A DNA stretch of 64,000 bases from Scenedesmus sp. PABB004 (GCA_014905635.1 CM026547.1:3224001-3288000); one strand, 5' to 3'. Shown: positions 44,278 through 56,146, counted from the stretch's first letter. Numbers and translations: made by a program. The notes: generated from the sequence alone by a model not told the origin.

Positions 44278-46371
44278 ATGCCCCGCGGTGCCTTCGCCAA
44301 GCGCGTGGCCGGCCTGGCCGCGCAGGCGCTCAGCGAGAGCGCCAATGCCGAGGCCAACACCCTCACCAAGGCGGGCCGCGCCTTCGGCACCGTCGCCGGC
44401 CGCGGCGCGGGCCGCAACGGCCTCGTGAGCGGCGGGAAGCAGCTGTTTGACCTCCAGCGCGCTGCCGGCAACACCCTGGCGTCCAAGTGCCGCTGCAGCT
44501 GCGGCCGCATCGCGTGCATGGGCAACCACTACACCACCAGCGCCGGCGCGGCCCAGGCGCAGGCGGCGATGGCCGACGACGCGCCCCACGCGCCCTCCCT
44601 CACCGCGCGCCACCTGGAGGTCGCCAAGCACTTCCCGCTCGCCATGGGCGTCGACGACTTCATCGCGCGCCTGGAGATGGCGCTCGCGGCCTACGGCTTC
44701 ACGGGCGACAACGCCATCGGTGCGTCTAGGATGGCGCATGCCTAGCCCTCCTACTCCCGCCACGCGCACCCGCGCGCCCCGCGCGCCCGCGCCCCGCCCC
44801 CGCGGTGCCGGTGGCACCTCATCTCACGCCCAGCGCGCGCGCCCCGGGCCGCGCATCGCGCCTCGCGCGATGCGCGGCCGGGGCCCGCCCGCCCGGCGCG
44901 CGCTGGGCCGCGCGGGCGCGGCGCGGCGCGCCCCGACCCGCGCGCCAGGCCCCTGCTGCGGACGCGACCCCCGCCTGACCCCGCCTGCCGCCCGCCCGCC
45001 GCCGCCCCCGCCCGCCCGCGTCGCCGCCGCGCAGCCATGTCCAACCTCTGCCGCGACGAGTCGTGCATGATCCTGGAGGACAAGATCGAGTCCGTCTTCG
45101 GCTCCTGCTTCTCCACCCACGGCCTGGGCGGCGTGCTCACCTGCGGCGTGATCGGCATGGGCGCCGGCCTCTCCCACTCGCCCGTCGAGAACGTGCGCGC
45201 CGCGCCGCGCGCCGCGGCCGCGCGCCCCGCGCTGCACGCGCCGCGCCCGCCCTGCGCGCGCCCGCCGCGCCCGCCCGCCGCCGCTCACGCGTCGCCGCAC
45301 CCGCCGCCGCGCCCGCCCCTCGCTCGCCGCGCAGGGCAAGGAGCGCTACGTGTTCTTCAGCTTCCCCCACATCGCCATCGACAGCGACGGCAAGATCGGC
45401 GCGATCGCGCGCCCCAACCGCCCCGGCGCATCGGCCGCGTGCGGTGCGCTCATCAAGACCATGCTCGACCTCAAGGAGGAGGGCGTCGACCAGAACGTCT
45501 CCTCCCCCGGCGCGCACGACCCGCTGGAGCCCGAGTACTCCATCCTCAAGTCGCGCATCGCGCGCCGCATCAAGTACGAGAAGGGCGACGTGCAGGCCAT
45601 GACGCTCGTCGACATCACCAAGGTCGCCGAGCGCGTCATCACCACCGTGAGCCACCCGCGCCGCGCGCGCCGCGCCGCCCGCCCTGCGCGCGCCGCCCCG
45701 CCGCGCCGCGCCGGCGCGCCGCGCCTGCGCGCGCGCCCCGCCTGACCCTCCCCGCCTGCCCCCCGCCTGCCCCCGCGCAGGACCTGGAGTACCTCATCTC
45801 CAAGGCGGTCAACCCCAGCAAGGCCGACTACGCGGTGGTGACGGGCGTGCAGATCCACAACTGGGCGTCCGACCTCGAGGACACCAGGATCCCGAGCATG
45901 GAGTTTGTCGCGCCCGCGCGCGCCTACGTGGTGGTCAATGGCGAGAAGATCGACATCGACCTCCAGCAGGTCCCCGCCCTCTCGCCCCGCCAGCTGCAGC
46001 TCCTCGCCATGCAGTCCACGCAGGTCGTGGAGAGCAGCAAGAGCCTGACCACGGGCACCAAGAACTCCATGCTCCAGGAGATCCCCCGCGACTACCTGCT
46101 GCAGCGCCTCGGCGGCGTCAACACGACCATCCACCTCGACGTCGAGCACCAGGGCCCCAACTGGCGCGAGTACATCAAGACCACCTTCCACGACGCCCAC
46201 CACAACGCCCCCAAGGTGCGCGCCGCCCGCCGCGGCGGGGCTGCTGCGCGCGCGCGCACGCGCCGCGCACGCCACGCCGCGCCGCTGCGAGCGCCGCCTG
46301 ACGCGCCCCGCGCCCCGCGCCCGCCCGCGCCTCAGATGGACGAGCACTTCTTTGAGGACAAGCAGCACTGA
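44278..46371 (+). CDS. LCID: LCIB-family (beta-carbonic-anhydrase-like fold) protein, LCID/LCIE type
   Basis: HFP...VDDFIARLEMALAAYGFTGDNAI|AMSNLCRDES, FPHIAID, SAACGAL and GVQIHNW. The N-terminal CSCGR and C-terminal QEIPRDYL..RLGG resemble LCID/E rather than LCIB. The Cys/His/Cys Zn ligands are present. Confidence 0.88.
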
Positions 46372-46636
46372 GCGGCTCGCCCTTGGGCAAACAGTGTGCG
46401 TGAGCGATCGCGAGGGCTTGTACTTTCTGCCTGCCGCGCCGCGCGCGCGTGCGTCCGCGCGGCGCAGCAAGCCGTTTTCAGCGCACGGGCTGGGCTGTAC
46501 AGCGAGAGAGAGTGTCGGCGGCTCCCGCGCTGCAGCTCCCAGCCGCAGCGCGCGTTTGTGTGTGGCTGCGCATGCGGCCCCAGCAGCATTTGGCTGTGCG
46601 TCAGCAGCTTGACAATCTGACCCGTTGGTGGCGGCT

Positions 46637-46641
46637 TGTAA
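46637..46641 (+). promoter_or_regulatory. TGTAA polyadenylation signal of the LCID-like gene
   Basis: The chlorophyte poly(A) pentamer lies about 265 nt after the stop codon, in an AT-richer patch. Confidence 0.6.
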
Positions 46642-47136
46642 TTTCCTTGACGCCACCCCAACGCTCAAGCGCGCCCGGCCAGCCCGGCCAGCCTGGTCAG
46701 GTGGTCAGCTGGCCCGCGCCGCCGGCCTTCCGCCCGCGCCGCCGCCGCCTCGCTGCTGCAGCTCACGACCGGCCCTCGCAGGTCTAGACTTGCGACGCCG
46801 GTGTGCTGAACCCCGCGGGTCTCAGTGCGTGACGGCCGGCTCTCAGCCAGGGCGTGCCGCGCTGGTCCCCACTCCCAACTGCGTGCCGGGCAGCCTGCCA
46901 CCTTGCGCGCCAACCTGCCGCCAGCGCCCGCGCCGTCGAGAGCGACGACAGCGGCAGCAGCAGCGCAGCCCGCGCCCGCCCCCCAGCCGCCGGTGCGGCG
47001 CCACCGCCCCACACACGCGGCCCGCTGCCGCGGTGCGCCCAGCCTTGCTTGCGCCAGCCTTGCTTGCGGCTGGAGGGCCGCTCGCTCCCGCCGGCAGACA
47101 GCGCCGCCGGCGCAGCAGCGGCGGGCGGGCGGGGCG

Positions 47137-48508
47137 ATGCTGGGCCGGCAGGGCGCCGCGTGCGTGGCGCACGCGCCCGCGAGCCTGCGCCACATCGTGC
47201 GCCCCGTCCGGGGGCGTGCACGGCGCAGCTGCCTCAGCAGCGGCGGCGGCGGCGGCAGCGAAGGCGGCGGCGGCGGCGCGCCGTCGCTGGTGTTTCCCCA
47301 CACCGACGCCTTCGTGCTGGAGGACGGCCGCCACGTGAGCAGCAGCGAGGTCATCGAGCTGCTCTCGCCCGCGGTAACGCCGGAGCGGCTGGTCAAGATG
47401 CGCGCCGTCGCCGCGGCGCGGTCGTACGGCGTGCTGCCGATCGTCGAGGGCCTGTACGACATGGGCAACCTCGCCGCGGTCTGCCGCTCCGCCGACGCGA
47501 TGGGCTTTGGCGCGGTGCACTGCGTGATGGGGTCGGCGGACAAGTACAAGCGCTCGCAGCGCACCGCGGCGGGCGCCGAGAAGTGGCTCGACACGCGGCT
47601 GTGGGGCTCCACGGCGCAGTGCCTCGCGGCGGTCAAGGCCGCCGGCTACCAGATGGTCGTCACGCACCTCGCCGCGAGCTCCGTCACCATCCAGGCGCGC
47701 CGCGCCGCGCCGCGCCGCGCCGTGCCGCGCGCGTGCGCCGCGCCCGCCGCGCCCGCCGCGTTCACGCTCACGCTCACGCACGCGCCTGCCCCCCGCGCGC
47801 AGGAGGTGGACTGGACCCGGCCCACCGCGTTCGTCCTCGGCAATGAGCGCGCGGGCGTGAGCGACGACGCGGTCGCCCTCGCCGACCACACCGTGCGCGC
47901 GCGGCGCGCCGCCGGCGGCGGCGCCGCAGCCGCGGGCGCCAGCGGCGGTGCGGCGCTGCGGCGGCCCCGCGCCGACGCCGGCGGCGCCCGCGCCGCCGGC
48001 CGCCGCAGGCGGTCATACCCATGGCGGGCTTTGTGGAGAGGTGCGCGCGTGCGCGCCGCAGCCGGCCGTGCGCAGCATGCCCCCCGCCGGCGGCAGTGGC
48101 GCTCGCGCACCACCGCCGCGCCGTGCCGTGCGCCGAGCCCCCGCATCGCCGCCGGCCTCACCCCCCCCCCTTCTGCGTGCGCGCAGCTTCAACATCAGCG
48201 TCGCCGCCGCGCTCGTGCTGTACGAGGCGCGCCAGCAGCGCCTCGCCGCGGGCGCGCGCGGCGACCTCAGCGCGGCGCAGCAGCGCCAGCTGCTCGCGGA
48301 GTTCCTGCTCCGCAGCGTGGTGCGGCGGGCGGGCCGGCGCCGCGCGCGGCGCCGCTGCGCCCTGGCCCTGGCTGCGCCGCCCGCGGGCGCGCCACACCGC
48401 TGTCACACCGGTGCCGCCGCCCCGCTGCGCAGAAGCACAGCTCGCTCGTGCTCGGCCGGCTGCTCGACCGCCCGCCGCCGCCGCACCAGCGGCGCTTCTT
48501 CCGGGGAG

Positions 48509-48584
<76 letters not shown>

Positions 48585-48684
48585 GGGCGACGCGGCGGCT
48601 GGCGAGGGCGGCAGCAGCGAGGGCGGCGGTCGCGGCGCGCCGCCCGCGGCGGCGGCGGGGCAGCAGGCAGCGCCGGCGGCGTGA
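47137..48684 (+). CDS. SpoU/TrmH-family RNA 2'-O-methyltransferase, probably organellar
   Basis: SPOUT motifs IVEGLYDMGNLAAVCRSADAMG, FVLGNERAGVS and IPMAGFVE|SFNISVAAALVLYE, with a transit-like N-terminus and a poly-Q tail. Confidence 0.88.
48511..48582 (+). repeat. (CAG)24 coding microsatellite (poly-Q)
   Basis: Uninterrupted CAG run in the last SpoU exon. Confidence 0.9.
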
Positions 48685-50050
48685 GAGGCTGTCCCTTAAA
48701 GAGTTACCCGCTCCCCTCCTCCTCAACTCGCGCCTAGGCAGGTTCTCGCCGCTGTCGTCACCCCGCCGCCAGTCAAAAGCCGCAAGCCCTGCCCAGAAGA
48801 AGACCCCGCGGCCGCGCCCGCGCTGCTGATCGCACGCGCGGGGCGGAGAGAGGGCCGCGCGGCCACACTGGTGGCGCGCGGCGAGAGAAAGAGAGAGACA
48901 GACAGGGTGCAGAGAGAGAGAGAGAGAGAGAGAAGCGGGCGCCGCCGCTGCGGCCGCCCGCGGTCCACCTAGCCCGGGCGCTGTAGCCGCCCCTCGCGCA
49001 GTCAGCCAGCCGTCACGCCTCAGCAGCAGCACACGCCGCCAAGCTCCAGCCGTCAACGCCGGTGTTGATGTCACACGGTCATGCGCCTGGCATCAGCACC
49101 CAGCGCCGCCGGGGCCGCCGGCCGCGGGCGCGGCGGGCGCGGTGGCGGCGCGCCGCGAGCGCGCGCGGCGCGCCGCCACGCCGCCCCCCGCCCACGCCCC
49201 ACCCGGCGGCCCCCGGTCCCCCCGCCCAAGTTTATTCCTGCAGCCACACGCACAAGCACGCAGCCCTGCAGGCGAGCCGCCCCCCGCCCCGTCCCGCCGC
49301 TGGCACGGGAGGGGAGGCGCAGCAGCCCAGCCCAGCCCCACGCACACCCACCCTTCAAGCAGGCGTCCATTCTCGAGCGCAGCAGGAATGACTAGGGAAT
49401 GTGAAGCAGCAGCGCACAGCGCGGCCCCTGCCGCATTGCGCGCGCCCGCCCGTGGGTGGGCGGCAGCGGTCGCAATCGGGTCGTCAGGAGACTCGCTGCA
49501 AGGGAGGTTCGGCTGCAGCCGCCGGCGGCGCGCGCGCGGCGGCGCCAGGCGGGCCCGGCGCCGCCGACCGCGCGCGCGCGCCGGCGGGGGTTGAGTGCCT
49601 CGCTCGCTCCCTTGACGGAGCGCGCCCGCCCGCTGATCACACGCCCCGCCCACAACCATGCACGCAACGGGCAGCTGCACAGACAGCTGCCGCTCGCGGG
49701 TGGCGGGGACGGCAGCCGCGGCCGAAGCGCGCGGCCGCCTGCCCGGCGTCCGGTGCACCGCCACGACCCGTCGCCTGGTTTGGTTCGTCCCCACACGGCG
49801 CCACCAGCGCGCGCGCAGCACACTGGCCGGCGCGCGCACGTGCGTGGCGGCCTGAGCTGCAGGCCGCGCAGCGCCACAACACCAAGACCACAAGGTCTGC
49901 TCGACACGGGCCCCCCGCCGGCCCGCGCGGCGGCGCCGCGGGCGCAGGCCCGCGGCGCCCCGGCGGCGCCCCGGCGGCGCCCCGCCCGCCAGCCCGCCCG
50001 CCCGCCCTGCCCCTCTCTGCCCCGCCCCATCATCGTCGTCGTCGTCGCAT

Positions 50051-50130
50051 CGCGGCGCGCTCAGGCGTGCCCGCGGCGCGCTCAGGCGTGCCCGCGGCGC
50101 GCTCAGGCGTGCCCGCGGCGCGCTCAGGCG
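50051..50130. repeat. 21-bp tandem repeat (3.8 copies) overlapping a stop codon
   Basis: CGCGGCGCGCTCAGGCGTGCC starts at 50051, 50072, 50093 and 50114 (partial). Confidence 0.9.
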
Positions 50131-50990
50131 CTGGCGTTGCGCTGCGCGAGCCAGGCGTTGTAGAGCTGAACGTCGTCGGCCTCGGGCAGCTCCAGCAGCG
50201 CGCGGCCGGACCCGTAGCCGCCGCCGTAGCCGTACCCGCCGTAGCCGCCATAGCCGTAGCCGCCGCCGTACGCGCCGGCGTCGTCCGCGAGCAGCGCGCG
50301 GCTGGGGCCGAGGAGCGCGTCCTCGGGCTCCAGCAGCAGCGGCGCGGGCTCGGGCGCGAGCACTGCCGGCGCGGCGGGCGCGAGGCGCGCCGCCGCCATC
50401 AGCAGCTTGCGCGCCGCGCGCCGTTGGCTGGCCGCCGCGAGCGCGGCCGCCGCGCCGGGGCCGGCCTCGGGCAGCTCGATGCCCTCCAGGTGCCGCCGGC
50501 CCGCCGCGACGACCGCCGCGGGGGGCTCGCCGTACACGAGGCTCGGCGCGAGCCCGCCCGGCGCCGCCAGCAGTCGCCGGCGGGCGCCGGCCGCGGCGCC
50601 GGCCGCCGCGGGCTCCGCGGCCGCGGCGGGGGCGGACCCGTAGCCGCCGCCGTAGCCGCCGTAGCCGTAGCCGCCGTAGCCGTAGCCGCCGCCGTAGGCG
50701 CCGGGCGCGGCGTCCTGCTGCAGCTGCCGCCGCACGGGCGCGCCCTCCTCCTCCGGGGCGTCGCCGCCCGCGGGCGCCTGCTCAGCGCCGGCGCCGCGCA
50801 GCGCCTGCTGCGCCGCGCCCCAGGCCTGCTGCTGCCGCCGCTGCACGAGCCGCTGCACGTCGCTCAGCGGGCTGCGCCCGCCAAAGAGGGCCTCGAACCA
50901 GGCCGGCGCCGCCGACGCCTGCTGCGCGCCGGCCGAGGCCAGCAGCAGCAGCGCCAGCAGCGCCGCCCGACGCACGCCGCCAGGCGGCAT
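50124..50990 (-). CDS. Intronless secreted Gly/Tyr-rich protein with repeated RxxL/RxLL motifs (putative propeptide)
   Basis: Signal peptide MPPGGVRRAALLALLLLASAGAQQASA; two GAYGGGYGYGGY...GGGYGS blocks; motifs RRQLQ, RRRLL, RRHLE, RKLLM, RALLA and RALLE. Confidence 0.75.
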   Translation of the reverse strand: MPPGGVRRAALLALLLLASAGAQQASAAPAWFEALFGGRSPLSDVQRLVQRRQQQAWGAAQQALRGAGAEQAPAGGDAPEEEGAPVRRQLQQDAAPGAYGGGYGYGGYGYGGYGGGYGSAPAAAAEPAAAGAAAGARRRLLAAPGGLAPSLVYGEPPAAVVAAGRRHLEGIELPEAGPGAAAALAAASQRRAARKLLMAAARLAPAAPAVLAPEPAPLLLEPEDALLGPSRALLADDAGAYGGGYGYGGYGGYGYGGGYGSGRALLELPEADDVQLYNAWLAQRNASA

Positions 50991-52705
50991 GGTCGCTGCG
51001 TCCGCTCGCCGCGGCGCCTGCGCGCGGGTGGTGAGGCAGCAGCAGGGGCAGGGCGGGTCAGGCGGGCGCGGGAGGCGCGGAGTACACGCGAGGCGCCGCC
51101 CGGGCGGACGCCAAGGCGGTCCCCGGGCGCGCCGGCGGCGCGCGGCCGGCCGGCCGCGCCCGCGGACCCGCCGCGCGGTGCTGCGCCATGGCCCCGCGCT
51201 GACGCTCGATCCCGCCCATGCACGCCGCGGGGCCGCCCGGGCGGCGGTCCGAGGGGCGGGGGCCGCCCGAATGCGCGCCCTGGGGCCGCGGGGCGGCCGG
51301 GCGGGGCCGCCCCGGGCGCGCCCGCCACCGCACACCAGGCGCTGGACGCCCCCGCGCCGCCGCGGGGCGGCGCATGGCGCGCTCGGGCGCCCACGATCCG
51401 CCGGCCCCGCGCCCCTCCGCCGCTCCGCGGGGCAATAGGCGCCCCCCCGCGCGCTGCGGGGCGGGCTGCCATCCCTGCGCCCGCCCCCGCCCTCCGCCGC
51501 ACCTGGGGCTCTGGGCTCGCGGGCTCGCGGGTAGGCTGTGACGGGGCTATTTGGAGGGGGTGTGTGCCGCGCTGCGGCGGGGGCGTGGCGCGTGCGCGCC
51601 CAGGCTCTGGAGGGTGCTCGGTCGCTCCAAGGATCGGCGCGCGCTGTTCCGTCGAGGGGTCGGGAGGCCGGGTCTGCTCACCGCGGGCGGCACGCGGGGC
51701 GGCGGGCGCGCCCGAGGAGAACGGGCGGGCGGGGGCTCTGGGGTTTGGCGTCCACCCGGCGCGCGCCCAAGGCCTCAGGGCGCCCCGCGATCAGCTCTCC
51801 GGCGCGCCCGCGGACCGCGGCGGGCCGCCCCGCGCCCGCGCGCCGCGCCTCGCCGACCGCGGCCGGTGGCGGGCGCGCGGTGGGCCCGTCCGGCGCGCAG
51901 TGACCGGACCGCCTGCGCCGCGCCAGGCCCGCCCCGCGGCTGGGGGCTGCCGTCGGCGACGCCGCGGGGCGCCTGGTGCAGCGCCATGCGCCGGGTGCGC
52001 GGCGGCATGCCATCGCGACAGCGAGGCCTCGCACACGCGCGGCGGCCGCGTGCGTCGGCTGCGGCTCCCCGGCGCCCTGGGCACCTGGCGCGGCTGAACG
52101 CTGCGCGACGAGGCCGTACAAGCGTGCCGCGCGCGCGTGGCCGTTTGCCTGCGGCGTATCTCGGCCCTGCGCGCCCGTGGGCTGCAGCCACTGCCGCCCC
52201 AGCCGCAGCGCGCCGGCCGGCCACGCCGTGCAGGCCACACCGGCGCTGCGATCGGCGGCCCCGCCGCCGCCGCCGCGCGATCGCCCCGCCTGCGCCTGTG
52301 TGCGCCGCCGCCCGGCCCCGCACCGCCGCGACGCGGCGAGAGGGGCTGAGTTGGCGAGTTCCCAAGTGGGCCAACCGACCGCCAGCCCTCCCCCACCTCG
52401 CCGCCGTCCACTCGCAGTCGCGCGGTGCGCGACTCGCGCCTCCCGCGCGGCGCCGTGCACCCCCCATCGCGGGCGCCCGTGCACGCAAAGCAAGCAAAGT
52501 CAGGGTGCAGTGCCGGCGGCGACGGGCCGCGCGCAGTGCCCACGCAGTGCCCACGCCAGCCAGCCGCCGCGCGCCCGGCACGAACGGTGGCGGCCCCCCC
52601 ACGCGATTCGCAGTGCCCGCCAACCCTCGGCGCGAGCCCGCCGCGCCCCGCCGCGCCCGCCGCGGCGCCGGGCTCGCACGCAGTGCCGGCCGGCGCGCCG
52701 CGCGC

Positions 52706-55700
52706 TCACTGCAGGCTGCAGCTGCAGCCCTCGGCGCTCCTGGAGTAGGGCGAGTGCTTGGGCAGCTCGCGCAGCATGTCCTCCAGCCGTGCCACGATGT
52801 CCTCAAACGTCGGCCGCGCCTCGGGGTCGCTCGCCCAGCAGTCCTCGATCAGCTGCCGCAGCGCCTGGCGGGCGGGCGCGGGCGGGCGGGCGTCGGGCGC
52901 GGGCGGGCGGGCGTCCGGCGCGCGCGCGCTCGCGGGGCGCAGCCGCCGCGCCCGCCCGCCGGCGCCAGCCCTGGGGCCGCCCGCGCCCGCGCGCCCGCGC
53001 GCCCCCGCGCCCGCGCCTGCGTCATCGGCGAGATGCTGCGCCGCGGCGGGAAGCCCGGCCGCGCGCCGAGCATCGCGGCCTGCCGCGCCGCGTCGACGGG
53101 GTCGTGCCCCGCAAAGGGCGTGGTGCACTCAAAGAGCTGGAAGATGATCATCGCAAAGCTGTACACGTCAACCTTGAGGTTGTATGGCTCGTGCCTGCAC
53201 GCGGGGGGCGCGCGGCGCGCGGCGCGTGAGCGACGCGCGAGTGAGCGGCGCGCGGGCGGCGCGCGCGCGGGCGCGCGCCAGGAGAGAGCGCCGAGCCGGC
53301 GCGGCGCGGCGCGGCGGGCCGGCCGGGCGGCGTGCGGCGTGGCGCGGCGGCGCGGCGCGCGCCTGAAGACCTCGGGCGCCATGTAGCGGTAGCTGCCCGT
53401 CTCGCCGGTGAGCTTGTACACCTGCGTGAGGCTCATGCTCATCTGGCCGTGCCGGTCGACCGGCACGAGCGACTTGCTGAGCCCAAAGTCGGCGACCTTG
53501 ACGACGCCGCTGTCGAGGTAGAGCTGCTCCGTGTCGGCGTGGAGGTTGCCGCTGATCATGAGGTTGGCGGGCTTCAGGTCCCTGCGCCCCAGCGGTGCAC
53601 GGCGCGCACGCGCGCGCGCGTGGGCGGCGGCGGACGCGGCGGACGCGCGCGGGCGCGGCGGCGCCCCCGGCAGGCGCGGCGGCGGCGCCCGCGAGCCGGC
53701 CCGTGAGTCAGCCCGCGCAGGCCCCGGCGCGGCGCGGCGCGCCTGTGCACGATCGGCTGGCGCCGGCTGTGGAGGTAGGCCATGCCGCGCGCAAAGTCGA
53801 GCGCGATCTCGACCTGCCGGCGCTGCGTGGGCGCGTAAAAGGTCTTCATGAACGCGTCCGCCAGCGAGCAGGCCATGAGCTCGGTCAGCACGATGTACGG
53901 CTTCTGCTTCGTGCACGCGCCCAGGAACTGTGGCGCGCCCCCACGCGCGCGCGTGCCCGGCGGCGGCCGCGGCAGCGTCGGGGCGCGGCAGGGCGCGCCG
54001 AGGCAGCGGGGCGCGGGCGGCGGCGCAAGGGCAGCGTGCGCAGCGCCGCGCCGCGTCGCGCGCGCCTGCACGCAGTTGGGGTGGTGGATCTTGCGCAGGA
54101 TCGCGATCTCGGTGCGGAAGTCGCCGAGCGCGATCTCGTCGGAGCGCTTGAGCACCTTGGCCGCGACGTAGCTGCCGTGCCACTTGGCCTTGTAGACCTC
54201 GCCAAACTCGCCGCCGCCTGATACACGGCGCGGGAGCGCGGGCGCGCGGCCGCGTGGGCGCGAGCGCGAGCGCGGTCAGGGCGCGGCGGCGGGGCCGAGG
54301 GCCGCGCGACGCCCGGCGCGGCGGGGGCGGGCGGAGAGGGGGGAGGGGCGAGGGAGGTGGCGCACCGATGCGCTCCACGAGCTTGAGCTCCTTGGGGTTG
54401 ACCTGCGCGGCGGCGGCGGCGCGCTCGCTCAGCGCGTGAGCTCAGCGTGCGTCCAGCGCCCCCCCCCCTCTCCTGTGCCCAGCCGCGCGGCCGCCGCACC
54501 TCCCACTCCGGGTCCCAGCCGATTTCGTGCATCACGCCCACGCGCGTGTTGACCAGGCCCCGCAGCTTGCTCGCCTCCAGCGGCACGAGCTGCCGCCGGG
54601 CGCCGCGGCGGCGCGCGCGTTAGCCGCCCGCGCCCGCCGTCGCAGCCGCCGGCAAGCGCCCCGCGCGCCTGTGCCCCGGCCAGCGCGTGCCGCGCCGCGG
54701 CGCACCTGGCCCTCCTCCCAGACCTTGCCGCCGCAGCCCTCCATGAGCCGCACCACCTCGAGGTGATCCATGCGCACCGCCTCCTGCAGCGCGGCACCGC
54801 GCGCGGCGCGGCGGCGACCGGCGCGCGCGCTCAGCGCCGCGCGCGCGGCGCCGCGGCGCGGGCGCCCGGCAACGCCCCTGGCCGCGCCCCTGGCCGCGCC
54901 GCGGCGGCGCGCACCTCGAGCGGCGTGCGGTCGTGGCGGTCGCGCGGGTTGACGTCGACGCCCGTCTCGATGAGCCACTGCGCGACCGAGTATGCACCCT
55001 CCGCGCACGCGATGTGCCTGTGCGCAGCGCCAGCGCCGCGCAGCGTCAGCGCCGCGCCGTGTCAGCTGCCGCCGCGCCCCGTCGCTGCCGGCGGCCCGCC
55101 CGCCCCCGGTGCAGCGCGGCGGCGCTCACAGCGGCGTGCGCTTGTCGTAGTCCATGCACGACTTGTCAGTCACCTGCGGCGGCGGGCCGGCGCGGCGCCG
55201 CTCGGCCGCCAGCCAGCCCGGCGGCGAGCAGCCCCGCTGGCGGGCCCGGCCCCGGCGCACGCCCCGCCCCTGCGGTCGGCGTGCGCCGGCGCCCCTGCGG
55301 TCCCAGCGCCCGCGCGCCCGCGCCGCACGTCGATGTTCCACGTCGCCGTCATCTGCTTGCAACGCCGCAGGTCGTTGGTGCCCGCAAAGAAGATGAGCTC
55401 CGCGACGGCGCGCCGCTTGGCCGCCTGCGAAGACGCGGCGGGCGGCGGCGGGCGGCCGTGGGCGCGCGCGGCCGGGCGGCAGGCCTTGGACGCCTCGCAG
55501 GCCTCGCAGGCAGCGCGCCGCGGCGTCCACCGGCGCCGCGGCGCACCTGCTCGCCGTGGATGCTGTAGATGTCGCGGCGGTGCGACAGCTCCTTCTGCTC
55601 GGGGAAGGTCAGCGTCTGCTTGCCGCTGCCGTCGCCGCCGCCGCTGCCGTTGGCGACCTGCTTGCCATCGCCGCTGCCGCCGCCGCCGGACCGCGCCGGC

Positions 55701-55810
55701 GCCGGCGCGACGGGCTGCAGCTGCTGCGCCGCCTCTGGCGTCGGCGCCAGCGCCGCCCCCGGCTCGGCGGCGGCGAAGCCGGCCTTCTTGTGGACCCGGC
55801 CCTCCTCCAT
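52706..55810 (-). CDS. Ankyrin-repeat Raf-like protein kinase (plant ILK/VIK type), 12 exons
   Basis: Ankyrin repeats DYDKRTPLHIAC and DRHDRTPLEEA. Kinase motifs GGGEFGEVY, VAAK, IVHRDLKPAN, DFGLSK, TGSYRYMAPE, DVYSF and CW..DPEARPTF. Confidence 0.92.
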
Positions 55811-56146
55811 GATCCTCGCGACCTGGGACGGCCGCCCCGGCCGCTCAATCCGCCGCTAGGGCCGGCCGAGCGGCAGCAGCAGTGCTGCCGGATGCCGGCC
55901 CGCCCCTCTCGGCCCGCCGCGTCGCCGGCGCGGTGTCAGGGCTCGGCCCAGCGCGCCATGCCGAGCGGCGCCGGGGGGCAAGGACCGCGGGCGGCAGGCA
56001 CGCGAGAGACTGCGACGCGCTGCTCGCGAGCCGAGCTGCGGGCGCTGGCTGCGCTGCCTCACGGTGGGTGGCCAATTGCACGGGCGCGCGGCTCTGGCAG
56101 CAACGGAGCGGGGCGCGGGGGTTGCCGTGCGTCGCGGCACAGGGTC

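Noticed and set aside
15489..46371. AGPase plus CCP/LCID as a carbon-metabolism gene cluster
   Set aside because: They are separated by more than 20 kb of unrelated housekeeping genes, so proximity is probably coincidental.
50051..50130. In-frame TGAs as possible selenocysteine or recoding signals
   Set aside because: They are fully explained by tandem duplication of the stop region, and I see no SECIS or selenoprotein motif.
51000..52700. 1.7-kb gene-free stretch as a possible ncRNA or transposon
   Set aside because: No terminal repeats, transposase or recognisable RNA motif; it is consistent with the kinase 3' UTR plus the promoter of the next gene.
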